Source of the DNA: an uncultured Gemmatimonadaceae bacterium
GTDB lineage: Bacteria; Gemmatimonadota; Gemmatimonadetes; Gemmatimonadales; Gemmatimonadaceae
Direction of reading: 5' to 3'
DNA: 64,000 nt
NCBI GenBank assembly: GCA_963790305.1
Contig: CAWBOC010000010.1
Span: forward strand, 224,001-288,000
The notes below the pieces were generated by a model that was given only the letters and a program-made list of their open reading frames with translations, was not told where the DNA came from and made no database searches. This document shows, piece by piece, positions 31,841 through 42,178 of the stretch (the stretch's first letter is position 1; the number at the start of each line of letters is the position of its first letter). Position numbers and translations under genes: made by a program.

Positions 31841-32757
31841 CGGCGCCGCTTGGCCTTCGCCTTACGAGCGGTCTTCTTCCTGGCCGCCGGTCGTTTCTTC
31901 GACGCCGCTTTCTTCCTCGCGCCGGAGCGAGCCGTTTTTGCCTTGGGCCGGGCCGCCTTCTTCGGCTTCTTACGTGTCGATGGCTTCGTCTCCGTGGCGC
32001 TCGCCGATCCGCCGGCGTGCACCGCGAATGCGGCGCCTTGCGGATCGCCGAGGATGGCGATCATTCCGCCCGGCACCTCCATCGGTGGCTGCTTGACGTA
32101 GGCGCCCGCCTTCGTCGCGGTGTCCACCGCTTTCTTCACGTCCTTCACGTTGACGTAGGCCAACCAGAATGGCGACATACCCGCCATCTCCGGCGGCCGC
32201 GTGAAGATCCCGCCGTACATCGTTCCCTTCATGCCGTACATGAGGTACGGATTCCCGCCGCCCATGTCCATCTCGCCCGTCTTCTCCCACCCAAAGAGCT
32301 GGCGGTAGAAGTCGAACGCCCGCTTGTAGTCGGTGGTCATGAGCTCATGCCACGAGAAGCGGCCTAACGTGGGCGTGCCGTCCCACGCTCGTGAGGCGCT
32401 GTTGGACTTGTACAGACCGAACGTCGCCCCCTGCGGGTCACGGACGACCGCGAAGCGTCCGGTGCCCGGGATGTCGGCCGGAGGAACCACGACCGTGCCG
32501 CCGAGGGACGTCACCTTCCGGGCGGTGTCATCGACGTTGCCCGCTTCGATGTACGGCATCCAGTTCGGCGGAATGCCTTGCTGGCGCTGCTCGGGACCGA
32601 GCTTGAAGATGCCGGCGAACGGAACGCCGCCCGTCGTCCACATCGTGTAGTCCTTGTCGAACTGCTGCGTCCCCCACCCGGTGATGGGGGGATAAAACTT
32701 GCGCGCCGCGTCGACGTCTGGCGTCGTGAGCTCGTACCACACGAATTGGCCGTGCAT
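31837..32757 (-). CDS. VOC/glyoxalase-family protein (two domains) with Lys/Ala/Arg-rich tail
   Basis: GQFVWYELTTPD and GRFSWHELMTTD repeats; DPQGA motifs. Confidence 0.9.
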   Translation of the reverse strand: MHGQFVWYELTTPDVDAARKFYPPITGWGTQQFDKDYTMWTTGGVPFAGIFKLGPEQRQQGIPPNWMPYIEAGNVDDTARKVTSLGGTVVVPPADIPGTGRFAVVRDPQGATFGLYKSNSASRAWDGTPTLGRFSWHELMTTDYKRAFDFYRQLFGWEKTGEMDMGGGNPYLMYGMKGTMYGGIFTRPPEMAGMSPFWLAYVNVKDVKKAVDTATKAGAYVKQPPMEVPGGMIAILGDPQGAAFAVHAGGSASATETKPSTRKKPKKAARPKAKTARSGARKKAASKKRPAARKKTARKAKAKRRR

Positions 32758-32949
32758 GGGAGTGGAGAGTGGGAGTGGAGAGTGGGGAGTGGGGAGTGGG
32801 GAGGACCCGAGGCGCTGGAAGAGACCAACAGCGCTGGAAAAGCGCTAGGGGCGCTGAAGAAACGTGCGCTGGGAAAGCGCTGGAGAAGCGCTGGACCAGC
32901 GCTAAACCCCCAGCGCTATTCCAGCGCCTTCAGCGCCTGTCCAGCGCCC
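32758..32949. repeat. GGGAGTG tandem array followed by an AGCGCTGG-type palindromic array
   Basis: gggagtggagagtgggagtggagagtggggagtggggagtgggg, then repeated agcgctgg and ccagcgc; the right arm overlaps the kinase 3' end. Confidence 0.75.
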
Positions 32950-34503
32950 TTGTTTCTTTTCGTCCCACCACCGCTTCGCGTCCACCTGCGTCCACGGCTC
33001 GATCGCGATCGCGCTCAGCGCGCGCGACACCTCCCCCGCGGTGGCCGGTCGGTCTTCGCGCTTCTTCGCCAGACAGGACAACACCACGCGTTCGAGCGCC
33101 GGCGGAATGATCACGTTTGCCCGCTGAGAGGGCGGGATCGGTTCGCTCTGCAGGTGTTTCACGATCACCTGGAGGCTCGTCTCGCCCTCGAATACCAGGC
33201 AACCGGTGAGCAGGTAGTAGGCGACGCAGCCGAGTGCGTAGATGTCGGCGCGTCCGTCGACGGCCTCGGCCATCGCGAGCTCCGGGGCCATGTACGCGGG
33301 TGTGCCCGGCGTGAGGCCCGCGGCGGTCGCCAACGAGTGCTCGTCGACTTTGCCTGTGACCGGCTTCACGAGGCCGAAGTCGAGCACCTTCACGAAGTCG
33401 TACCGCAGGCCGAGCCGCCCAATGTGGATGTTGGCTGGCTTGATGTCGCGATGAACCATCCCGGCCACGTGCGCTTCCTCGAGCGATTCGCACACCTGGC
33501 AAAGGATGTGGACCACTCGCCGCGCTGGCACTGGCCCATGGTCGCGGACGAGTGTCTCGAGGTCAGTCCCCTCGAGCAGCTCCATCACGAAGTACATCGT
33601 CTGGTCCTCCGTCACTCCGAAGTCGTACAGCTCGACCGTGTGCGGAGAGCGCAGGCTCGCCGCGGTTTCGGCCTCACGCCGGAACCGCTTCACCGCCACC
33701 TCGGCTCCTTCGCTATCCGCGCCACCGAGGGAATCCGGACGGATGAGCTTGATGGCGGCGGGGCGAGCGAGCATGCGGTGGGTGGCCTTGTAGACCTCGC
33801 CCATCCCACCGCGGCCGAGCAGCTCGCCAAGGTGGTAGCTGCCCATCTCGCGCGCCTTGCTCACGTGCTGACCGAGGCGGGTGACGACATGCGCGATGAC
33901 CACCGCAACGCCGACGAGCAGGTAGTCGGGGTGGTGCATGAGAAGCGCGTCCAGAGGCGAGTCGAAGTCCCAAACGCCCCGCGCCCGCGCGATCACCATC
34001 CCGAGCGGCTGCATCGACGCGACGATGAGCCCGAGGACGAGCATCTTCCTCGGCGGAGTGGGCACGATCGCGGCGAACATTAGAACGACCGCGCCCGCCC
34101 AGCTGATCATTGGCTCGAGTGGCTCGCCTGTGGGAGGGAACCAATGGGTGACCAAGCCCAGATCGAGGGAAGTGACTAGGAACCACCACATGCCGAGGTT
34201 GAGGACGCGCTCGGGGTCCCGGTCCGGACGCCGCGTGTAGAGGAACAACGCCAAGGATATGATGGCGGCTGTCGCGGCAATGACATCGTTACCGCTGAGC
34301 CGCGTCCAGACCTTGGCCTCTGGATGCAGGGCGCCCCAGGCAAGTCTTCCAAAGACAGTACCGGTGACCCACAGAACGGCAGCGATGAGCGCCATGATGC
34401 CGAGGCGCCGCGACGCATCGCGCAGCAGATCCTCAGGGAGCCGGCGCTGAGAATCCTGCGAGACGGAGGGCGGGGGAAGCTTGAGATCGCGCGCCGGAGT
34501 CAC
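32902..34503 (-). CDS. Membrane-anchored Hanks-type Ser/Thr protein kinase
   Basis: N-terminal TM helices; LGRGGMGEVY, AAIKLI, HRDIKPAN, DFG, GTPAYMAPE, DIYALG. Confidence 0.93.
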   Translation of the reverse strand: MTPARDLKLPPPSVSQDSQRRLPEDLLRDASRRLGIMALIAAVLWVTGTVFGRLAWGALHPEAKVWTRLSGNDVIAATAAIISLALFLYTRRPDRDPERVLNLGMWWFLVTSLDLGLVTHWFPPTGEPLEPMISWAGAVVLMFAAIVPTPPRKMLVLGLIVASMQPLGMVIARARGVWDFDSPLDALLMHHPDYLLVGVAVVIAHVVTRLGQHVSKAREMGSYHLGELLGRGGMGEVYKATHRMLARPAAIKLIRPDSLGGADSEGAEVAVKRFRREAETAASLRSPHTVELYDFGVTEDQTMYFVMELLEGTDLETLVRDHGPVPARRVVHILCQVCESLEEAHVAGMVHRDIKPANIHIGRLGLRYDFVKVLDFGLVKPVTGKVDEHSLATAAGLTPGTPAYMAPELAMAEAVDGRADIYALGCVAYYLLTGCLVFEGETSLQVIVKHLQSEPIPPSQRANVIIPPALERVVLSCLAKKREDRPATAGEVSRALSAIAIEPWTQVDAKRWWDEKKQGRWTGAEGAGIALGV

Positions 34504-34594
34504 ACCCGGAAGATGCGTCGGTCACCGGCCCGGCCGCCATTCCCGGCTCGAGCGACTGGCAGCGATCCGGGCCGAGGGCGACATTCAAGCTCCT

Positions 34595-36549
34595 GTGAAG
34601 ATTGAACGCCCGCGCTCATCGCGCCAACGCTACCGCGGCTTCGTCGAGGACTACAAGCAGGGCCGGCTCGACGAGGCCATTGAAGCGGGCCAGGAGGGGA
34701 AGCCTCCGGAGGCCGCTGCAAAACCCGCCGAAGAGGCGTCGCTTCCCTGGTGGCGCCAGCTTCGCCGCGGCAAGCGACGCGAGTACCTCGGCGAATACCT
34801 CCGCTGGCTGAAACCCCACCGCGGCGCGGTGGCGGTCGTCTTCGTTCTCGCCCTCGTCCGCGCGGGCCTCGAGAATGATCGAGCCGCTCTTCATGCGCTA
34901 CATCATCGACCGGGTGCTGCTCAACTCGGCGCTCGACGTCGTGTCGCGCTTGAGCCGGCTCAACCTCGCCGGTGCGGCGTTCCTGACGGTCATCATCGTC
35001 TCGACGCTCGTCAACGTCCTCAAGGACTACCGGCAGCGTCTCCTGAACGTGAAGGTGATGCTCTCGCTGCGGCAGGCCCTGTTCGACCGTCTGCTGCACC
35101 TGCCGCTGCCGAAGCTGTGGGACATGAAGACGGGCGGGATTCTCTCGCGCCTAACAGGCGATATCGACACGACGACGGGGCTGCTCCAGAATGGCCGTCA
35201 TCTCGCCGAGCATCTCACTCGTCAGGTTGATGATCGCGATGGGGATCCTGCTGTCCCTCAACTGGCGGCTTGCGCTCACGGCACTGGCGATCATCCCCGG
35301 GGTAATGCTGATGAGTTTCATCTTCGCTCGGCGCGTGCGGCCCATTTATCGCTCTGTTCGCAAGGATGTCGAGGTCATCGACGGGCACGTCGGGGAGACG
35401 TTCTCGGGCATTCGCGTCGTTCGCGCCTTTCGTGGCGAGGTGCGGGAGCTGCTCGACTACATTCGGGGGCGGCACACGGTGCTCCGAAAGGAGCTGTTCG
35501 CGCATCGCCGCGAGCTGGTGCTCTGGTCGTCGTGGGGTCTGCTCATGAGCGCGGTGAACGTGGTGATCGTCTGGTACGGCGGGTACCTCGCGATCGGGGG
35601 GCGCGCATCGATCGGCGACATCATGGCCTTCCAGTGGTACACGTTCCTGCTGCTCGGCCCGGTGTGGAACATCGTCAACTCGTTCTCCGAGCTTCAGCGC
35701 TCGCTGGCGGCAATGGAGCGGGTGTTCGAGGTGCTCGGCATGGAGGGCGACAAGCCCGATCGTCCCGATGCGCGGCCGGCGCCGCGGGTGGTGCACGAGA
35801 TACGCTTCGAGAAGGTGGAATTCGAGTACCGTACCGGTCAGCCCGTCGTTCGCGACTTCAACGTGACCGTGCCCGGTGGCTCGGTGGTGGCGCTCGTGGG
35901 CAGAAGCGGAGCAGGGAAAACCACGGTGACAGATCTGGTGGCGCGGTTCCATGATCCGACGCAGGGACGGATTCTCGTCAATGGGTCCGACATCCGCGAA
36001 TACCGGCTGCGGACGTACCGCGATCTGCTTGCGCTCGTGCAGCAGGACGTCTTTCTGTTCGACGGCTCGGTGCGCGACAACATCGCCTATGCCCGGCACA
36101 ACGCCACGGATGCAGACGTCGAGGACGCAGCTCGCCGCGCCAACGCGCACGAGTTCATCGTCAAGCTGCCGGACCTGTATGGGACGTTCATCGGGGAACG
36201 CGGCGTCAAGCTATCCGGGGGACAGCAGCAGCGGCTCGCGATCGCACGCGCGATTCTCGCAAATCCGCAGATCCTCATCCTCGACGAGGCCACGAGCAAC
36301 CTCGACACGGAGAGTGAGCAGCTCATTCAGGCCTCAATGGCGTCGCTGCTCGCGGGGCGCACGACGTTCGTGATCGCCCATCGACTATCGACCGTACGGC
36401 GCGCCGATCTCATCCTCTTGATGGAGGATGGGCGTGTGATCGAGCGTGGAACGCACGACGAGCTCATGCGTGCCCGCGGCGAGTACTCCCGCATGGTCCT
36501 TCGGCAGGCCGAATACTCGGCTGAGAACGCCGGCGAGCTGCTGCACTGA
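34595..36549 (+). CDS. ABC exporter, fused permease/ATPase; frameshifts near 34874 and 35191
   Basis: TM domain; GRSGAGKT, LSGGQQQR, ILILDEATS, IAHRLST. Confidence 0.9.
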
Positions 36550-36560
36550 GTCAATCGACG

Positions 36561-38642
36561 TTGACGCCTCCCATCGAGGGCACGGAGCCGTCCGCAACCG
36601 CCGCCCGCAGCACGCGCGTCGTGTACGCCGCGGAACTGTTGGCGCTGGCCGCGCTGTACGTCGTCGTCGCGCGCATCGGTCTGGCGATCGAAGCGGTGGC
36701 CGGGTTCGCCACGCTGGTGTGGCCGCCCAGCGGCATTGCACTCGCCGCCCTGCTGCTCCGGGGACACCGGCTGTGGCCCGGAGTTCTCGTCGGCGCGTTC
36801 GTCGCCAACACGCTGACCGGTGCGCCATTGCTCGTGGCGCTGGGTATCGCGACCGGCAATACACTGGAAGCTGTGCTGGGAGCGTATGCGCTTCGGCGCA
36901 TTCCAGGATTTCGTACCTCGCTCGATCGCGTACGCGACGTGCTCGCGCTGATCGTCTTCGCGGCCGCGCTGAGCACAGTGGTGAGTGCCACGATTGGCGT
37001 TGCAAGCCTTTATCTCGGCGGAATCGTGTCGCCCGCCGATCTGGGGCGCGCGTGGCGGGCGTGGTGGGTTGGCGACCTGATCGGCGACCTGCTCGTGGCA
37101 CCGGCGATTCTCGTCTGGGCAGGCGTCTCCGGGCGCCCGTCGTCGCGTCGATGGACCGAAGCCGCCGCGCTGGTCATAACGGTCATCGGCACCGGGTTCC
37201 TGGTTTTCGGAACCGGACCTAACGCGTTCGACCAGGCATATCTGATCTTCCCCGCGCTCGTCTGGGCGGCGTTGCGCTTTGGCCAGCGCGGAGCGGCCTC
37301 GGCGGCCATCGCGGTATCCGTGATTGCGGTGTGGGGCACCGCGACGGGCCACGGGCCGTTCGTTCAGCCGCTGTTGTACGAGAGCCTGTTCGGGCTGCAA
37401 ACCTTCATGGGTGTTACCGCGGCCACCTTTCTCGTGCTCGGCGCTTCGATCGCGGAACGCCGGAGCGCCATCCGGGAGGCGAGCGCGGCGATCGCCGAAC
37501 AGCATCGTCTCCACGCTGAGCGCGATGTCGCCCACCAGCGCCTGATCACGGTGCTACAGCAGTCCCCCGTCCCCATTGGGATCGCCGAGGCACCGACCGG
37601 CCGCTTCATCTTCCTGAACGAGGAAGCGGAGCGCGTCATCGGCTATCGTCCGGAGGTGATTCAAGCTGCCAACCCGCTTGGGCCTGGCTTGAAGGGTGTG
37701 CATCCGGATGGGCGCGAGCTCGCGCCTCACGAGTGGCCGCTCGCGCGCGCGCTGCATCACGGGGAAACGATCCGCAACGTCATCATCCGCCTCCTCAAGG
37801 ATGACGGGACCGCCGTCGACGTCGCGTGCAACGCAGCCCCCGTCCGGGATGGAAGCGGCCGGATCATCGCCGGGGTCCTGATCTTCTGGGACGTCACCGC
37901 CGAGCGTCGTGCCGAGGAGGAGCGGCGACGGGCCCACGAGGCGGTAGCGGCGGCAAACCGGGCCAAGGCGGAATTCTTTGGGGTGATGAGCCACGAGCTT
38001 CGTACACCGCTCAACGCGATCGGCGGATACGTCGAGGTAATGGCGCTCGGCATCCAGGGTCCTCTGACCGACCAGCAACGCGACTCGCTCGAGCGCATTC
38101 AGCGCAACCAGCACCATCTGCTCTCGGTCATCGAGGATGTGCTGACCTTCGCGAAGCTCGAGGCTGATCGTCTTCCGCTCCAGCTGACGACGGTAAGTGT
38201 CGGTGCGGCGCTCGACGAGCTCGATGCCCTTCTGGGTCCGGCAATGCATCGAAAGGACCTCACCCTGACCTGTGCGCCATGCGACTCGGCGGTATCGGTG
38301 CTCGCCGACCCGGAGCGGCTACGTCAGATTCTATTGAACGTCGTCGGCAACGCGATCAAGTTCACTCCGCCGGGGGGCCGTGTCATCGTGAACGCGGTGC
38401 GCGAGCGAGACTTGGTGCGCATCTCGGTGACCGACACGGGCATCGGCATTCCGGAGGATCAGCTCCCGCGCATCTTCGAGCCCTTCTTCCAGGTGGAGCA
38501 AGGGCCCACGCGACGGTATCCCGGAGTTGGACTGGGCCTGTCGATCGCCCACGATCTCGCCCGCGCCATGCGAGGAGACCTGCAGGTCACGAGCCGGGTG
38601 GACGAGGGAACCGCCGTCTCCATTACCCTGCCAGCCGCCTGA
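36561..38642 (+). CDS. MASE1-PAS histidine kinase (no adjacent response regulator)
   Basis: VWPPSGIALA and WWVGDLIG (MASE1); PAS; SHELRTPL, NAIKFT, DTGIGI, GLGLSI. Confidence 0.92.
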   Translation: MTPPIEGTEPSATAARSTRVVYAAELLALAALYVVVARIGLAIEAVAGFATLVWPPSGIALAALLLRGHRLWPGVLVGAFVANTLTGAPLLVALGIATGNTLEAVLGAYALRRIPGFRTSLDRVRDVLALIVFAAALSTVVSATIGVASLYLGGIVSPADLGRAWRAWWVGDLIGDLLVAPAILVWAGVSGRPSSRRWTEAAALVITVIGTGFLVFGTGPNAFDQAYLIFPALVWAALRFGQRGAASAAIAVSVIAVWGTATGHGPFVQPLLYESLFGLQTFMGVTAATFLVLGASIAERRSAIREASAAIAEQHRLHAERDVAHQRLITVLQQSPVPIGIAEAPTGRFIFLNEEAERVIGYRPEVIQAANPLGPGLKGVHPDGRELAPHEWPLARALHHGETIRNVIIRLLKDDGTAVDVACNAAPVRDGSGRIIAGVLIFWDVTAERRAEEERRRAHEAVAAANRAKAEFFGVMSHELRTPLNAIGGYVEVMALGIQGPLTDQQRDSLERIQRNQHHLLSVIEDVLTFAKLEADRLPLQLTTVSVGAALDELDALLGPAMHRKDLTLTCAPCDSAVSVLADPERLRQILLNVVGNAIKFTPPGGRVIVNAVRERDLVRISVTDTGIGIPEDQLPRIFEPFFQVEQGPTRRYPGVGLGLSIAHDLARAMRGDLQVTSRVDEGTAVSITLPAA

Positions 38643-38662
38643 CGACCCTTCGAGGCAACTTC

Positions 38663-39655
38663 GTGAACGCTCGACTTTCACTCCTGCTTCTCAGCGTAGT
38701 ATCCCTTTCGGCGTGCGCCGGTGCCGGTGGCGGGATCGTCGCGGACGAAACGCTGCCCAGCGCGCTTCGCGCGGGATCGCACGAGGTCACGCTCAACGGT
38801 GCTCGCCAGTTCTACCGCGTCGGTGGGGCGGCCCGTCATGGAGCGCCCCCAGTCGTCTTTCTGCATGGCGGTCCGGGGCAGGGCAGTCAGCACTTCGACG
38901 CACTCGCCGGACCCTATCTGGAGCCGCAGCTCCGCATGGTGTACTACGATCAGCGGGGCAGCGGCAAGTCCGAGCGGCCCGCGAGCGGCGACTACGCCAT
39001 TGCGACACTGGTGGAAGACGTCGAGGCCCTGCGGCGCACGTTAGGCGTTCCCAAGGTTGCGCTGGTCGGGCATTCGTTCGGCGGGCTGCTCGCGCTGGAG
39101 TATGCCGCACGGTATCCGGAGAACGTCTCGCACCTCGTGTTCGTGAGCGGGCTGTGGGATACCGACCTGCAGTGTCGCCTCCGCGCCCAGCGGCTCGCGC
39201 AGGCGCGGCCGCAGGCGTACGCACGGGTTGCCGGCGATACGATCCAGTCGGACGGAACGCGACGCAGCCCGTGCGATGTGGAGTTCCAGGCGCTGCGAGG
39301 CGCGGAGCGCGAGGCGTACAACACCGAGATGATGTTTCCCAACCCGGCCGTCAGCGCGCGCATCGACAGCGTCAATGCGGCGCACGGTGTCCGCAACACG
39401 GGAGAGATGGGGCGTGCACTTTTCTCGAGCGGGCTGTTGACCTACCGATTCACCGCCTTCGACCGCCTGACGATGCCTGTTCTGGTGGTCGCGGGTCGGC
39501 ATGACGGCGCCGCGCAGCCCGCGGGATTGCGGGAGCTCGCGCGCCGGTTGCCGAATGCACGGTTCGTCGAGTACGAGCGAAGCGGCCACTTCGTGTATCT
39601 GGACGAGCCGGAGCGGTTCGCTCGCGACCTCGCGGATTTCGTTGTACCGCGGTGA
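38663..39655 (+). CDS. Alpha/beta hydrolase (proline iminopeptidase-like) lipoprotein
   Basis: GTG start, LSAC lipobox; LHGGPG, YDQRGSG, GHSFGG, SGHF. Confidence 0.88.
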   Translation: MNARLSLLLLSVVSLSACAGAGGGIVADETLPSALRAGSHEVTLNGARQFYRVGGAARHGAPPVVFLHGGPGQGSQHFDALAGPYLEPQLRMVYYDQRGSGKSERPASGDYAIATLVEDVEALRRTLGVPKVALVGHSFGGLLALEYAARYPENVSHLVFVSGLWDTDLQCRLRAQRLAQARPQAYARVAGDTIQSDGTRRSPCDVEFQALRGAEREAYNTEMMFPNPAVSARIDSVNAAHGVRNTGEMGRALFSSGLLTYRFTAFDRLTMPVLVVAGRHDGAAQPAGLRELARRLPNARFVEYERSGHFVYLDEPERFARDLADFVVPR

Positions 39656-40164
39656 GCGCCCGAGATGTACCGGCGATGGCTGCCCTCCGCATCTGCCTGA
39701 CGAAGCGCCCCGACGGCGGCGCCATTCTCCGGTGCGTTCGCGAGGACGGCTCCGTGACCTGGCAGCACCAGCAGGGTCGAAGCGCCGGGTTCTTTCCGTT
39801 GCACGACCTGACGCACTTCGCGATCGAGCGTGAGCTCGGGCTACGCCAAGCCTTCTATGGCTTGATCGCAGCCGGCTGGGCCATCGAGGAGACGACGGGG
39901 AAAAGCCCGCGCGGGCCGCTCCCTCCTGAGGCGTATGCGGTCGAGCGGATGGTTGGCCTCTTCGATCTCGAGCGAGCAGGCAGCGCGTTCTGGTCGGCGG
40001 CCGAGATCAACGCGCACTGCTATGAGCCCGCCGTCCCGGTGGGACAACGGCTGCCGCGCCCGATCACCGACGACGACCTCGCCCGAATTCGATCACGGGT
40101 GAGCGACCTACTGGCGCAATGGGCCGCCCTCCCGACCGGACATACTTTGGAAGTCTGGTTTTAG
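39652..40164 (+). CDS. Hypothetical protein
   Basis: Overlaps upstream stop (GTGA); HDLTHFAIE...FYGLIAAGW; alternative start 39677. Confidence 0.7.
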   Translation: MSARDVPAMAALRICLTKRPDGGAILRCVREDGSVTWQHQQGRSAGFFPLHDLTHFAIERELGLRQAFYGLIAAGWAIEETTGKSPRGPLPPEAYAVERMVGLFDLERAGSAFWSAAEINAHCYEPAVPVGQRLPRPITDDDLARIRSRVSDLLAQWAALPTGHTLEVWF

Positions 40165-40246
40165 AGCTGTATGCCGCGATAATGAAGCTGTTGCTGCGGG
40201 CGCGCGCCGCTGCTAGCGTCTCTATGTCTCATACAGGCTCGACCAT

Positions 40247-42178
40247 ATGATTCTCCGACTCCTGCTTTTGGCCTCCGCTCTGATGCTTACCGTGCCGCCC
40301 GCCGAAGCGCAGCAGCAGCCTACGCCTCAGCCATCATCACCCCGGCCGCGCCGAACCGCGAAGCCACCGCTTCACGGGCGCCATTGGATGGCCATCACCG
40401 GCAAGCCGCTGGCGGCGACCGCGGGCGCGATGATGTTCCAGAACGGCGGCAACGCGGTGGATGCCGCGTGCGCGATGCTCGCCTCGGTCACGACGATGTG
40501 GGATGTGCTCTCCTGGGGCGGGGAAACGCAGGCGCTGATCTATCACCCCACCCTGAGGAAGGTGATCGGAATCAACGCGCTTGGAGTGGCGCCCACGGGT
40601 GCGACGCCGGCGTACTACAAATCGAAAGGACATCGGTATCCGCCCGAGTTTGGACCGCTCGCCGCGATCACGCCGGGAACGCCGGGAGGTCTGCTCGTTA
40701 TGCTCGCCGAGTACGGGACGATGTCGCTCGAAGAGGTGTTGGCGCCGGCGATTCAAATGGCCGACGGCTACCCGATCGAGGCGGAGACGGCGAATTCGAT
40801 CGAGCGCAACAAGGCGCGCATCAAGGAGTGGAAGTACTCTCGCGCCGTCATGCTTCCACATCTGGGGCAGGCGCGTGAGGCGCCGGAACCTGGAGAGATC
40901 TTCGTGCAGCGCGATCTCGCCGCCACGCTGCGAAAGCTGGTCGACGCCGAGAAACAGGCGCTCGCCCAGGGGAAGAGTCGGAAGGACGCCATCATGGCGG
41001 CGTACGATCGCTTCTACAGAGGAGATATCGCGCAGGAGTTCGTGCGCGGCGTGCAGGAGGAGGGCGGGCTCATCACGATGCAGGATTTGGCGAACTGGAA
41101 GGTTCGCATCGAGGAGCCGGTCAAGACGACCTACAAGGGGATCGACGTCTACAAGCTCCCGTTCTGGCAGCAGGGTCCGGCGCTCCTCCAGGCGCTCAAC
41201 ATCCTGGAGAATGCGGACCTGAAGTCCCTGGGCTACAACTCGCCGCGCTACATCCACGCGATCTATCAGGCGATGAGCCTCGCCTTCGCCGATCGAGATT
41301 TCTACTACGGCGATCCGTATTTCCCGCCGGAGGAGCCGACGCGCGGCCTGCTGTCGAAGGAATACGCGAAGGCTCGTTATGCGCAGATCAACTGGGAGCG
41401 AAACGACCCGACGGTGAAGCCGGGCGATCCCTACCCGTATCAAGGTGGCACCAACCCGTTCCGGCAGCTGCTCGCGCAGTGGAAGGTGGAGGCTCCGGAG
41501 GACAGCACGCGTCGGAGCGGGCAGCAGGATCAGGTCGCTCCGTCCCCGCAGCCTGACGACGATGGAGAAGACGAGCGGTTCGAGTCCGCGTTCTACCGGG
41601 GTACGACGTCGATCGAGACGGCGGATACGACCGGGTGGGTCGTGTCGATCACGCCGAGTGGTGGCTGGGTACCCGCGGTGATCGCCGGTCGCACGGGTGT
41701 CGGGCTGAGTCAGCGCGCGCAAAGCTTCGTCACCGACGCCGCTGACGGTCCCTTCAACGTGATGGAGCCGGGCAAGCGCCCGCGCGTCACGTTGACGCCG
41801 ACGCTCGCCCTGCGCGACGGGACGCCGTTCCTCGCGTTCGCGGTCCAGGGAGGAGACTCACAGGATCAGAATCTTCTCCAGTTCTTCCTGAACGTGGTCG
41901 AGTTTGGCATGACAGTGCAGCAGGCGGTCGAAGCGCCTAACGTCAACAGCTCGCAGATGCGGTCGAGCTTCGGCGCGCACGAGACACGCCCCGGGCATCT
42001 GCTGGTGGCGTCCTCGACTCCGGACAGCGTTCGTGCCGCCCTCAAGCGGATGGGCTACACGCTGGAGTTTTCCGAGCGCACCTCAGGGCCGATCAACGCG
42101 ATCTACTTCGACCGAAAGCATCGCACGATGTGGGGCGGGTCGAGTAATCACGGGGAGGACTACGGAATAGCCTGGTAG
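40247..42178 (+). CDS. ggt: Gamma-glutamyltransferase family protein (secreted)
   Basis: GGNAVDAA, DRFYRGDIA, LAFADRD, GTTS N-terminal-nucleophile site, PGKRPRVTLTP. Confidence 0.9.
   Translation: MILRLLLLASALMLTVPPAEAQQQPTPQPSSPRPRRTAKPPLHGRHWMAITGKPLAATAGAMMFQNGGNAVDAACAMLASVTTMWDVLSWGGETQALIYHPTLRKVIGINALGVAPTGATPAYYKSKGHRYPPEFGPLAAITPGTPGGLLVMLAEYGTMSLEEVLAPAIQMADGYPIEAETANSIERNKARIKEWKYSRAVMLPHLGQAREAPEPGEIFVQRDLAATLRKLVDAEKQALAQGKSRKDAIMAAYDRFYRGDIAQEFVRGVQEEGGLITMQDLANWKVRIEEPVKTTYKGIDVYKLPFWQQGPALLQALNILENADLKSLGYNSPRYIHAIYQAMSLAFADRDFYYGDPYFPPEEPTRGLLSKEYAKARYAQINWERNDPTVKPGDPYPYQGGTNPFRQLLAQWKVEAPEDSTRRSGQQDQVAPSPQPDDDGEDERFESAFYRGTTSIETADTTGWVVSITPSGGWVPAVIAGRTGVGLSQRAQSFVTDAADGPFNVMEPGKRPRVTLTPTLALRDGTPFLAFAVQGGDSQDQNLLQFFLNVVEFGMTVQQAVEAPNVNSSQMRSSFGAHETRPGHLLVASSTPDSVRAALKRMGYTLEFSERTSGPINAIYFDRKHRTMWGGSSNHGEDYGIAW

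Noticed and set aside
3720..35195. Programmed ribosomal frameshifting or phase variation
   Set aside because: The breaks lack slippery heptamers or long homopolymers and are scattered across unrelated genes.
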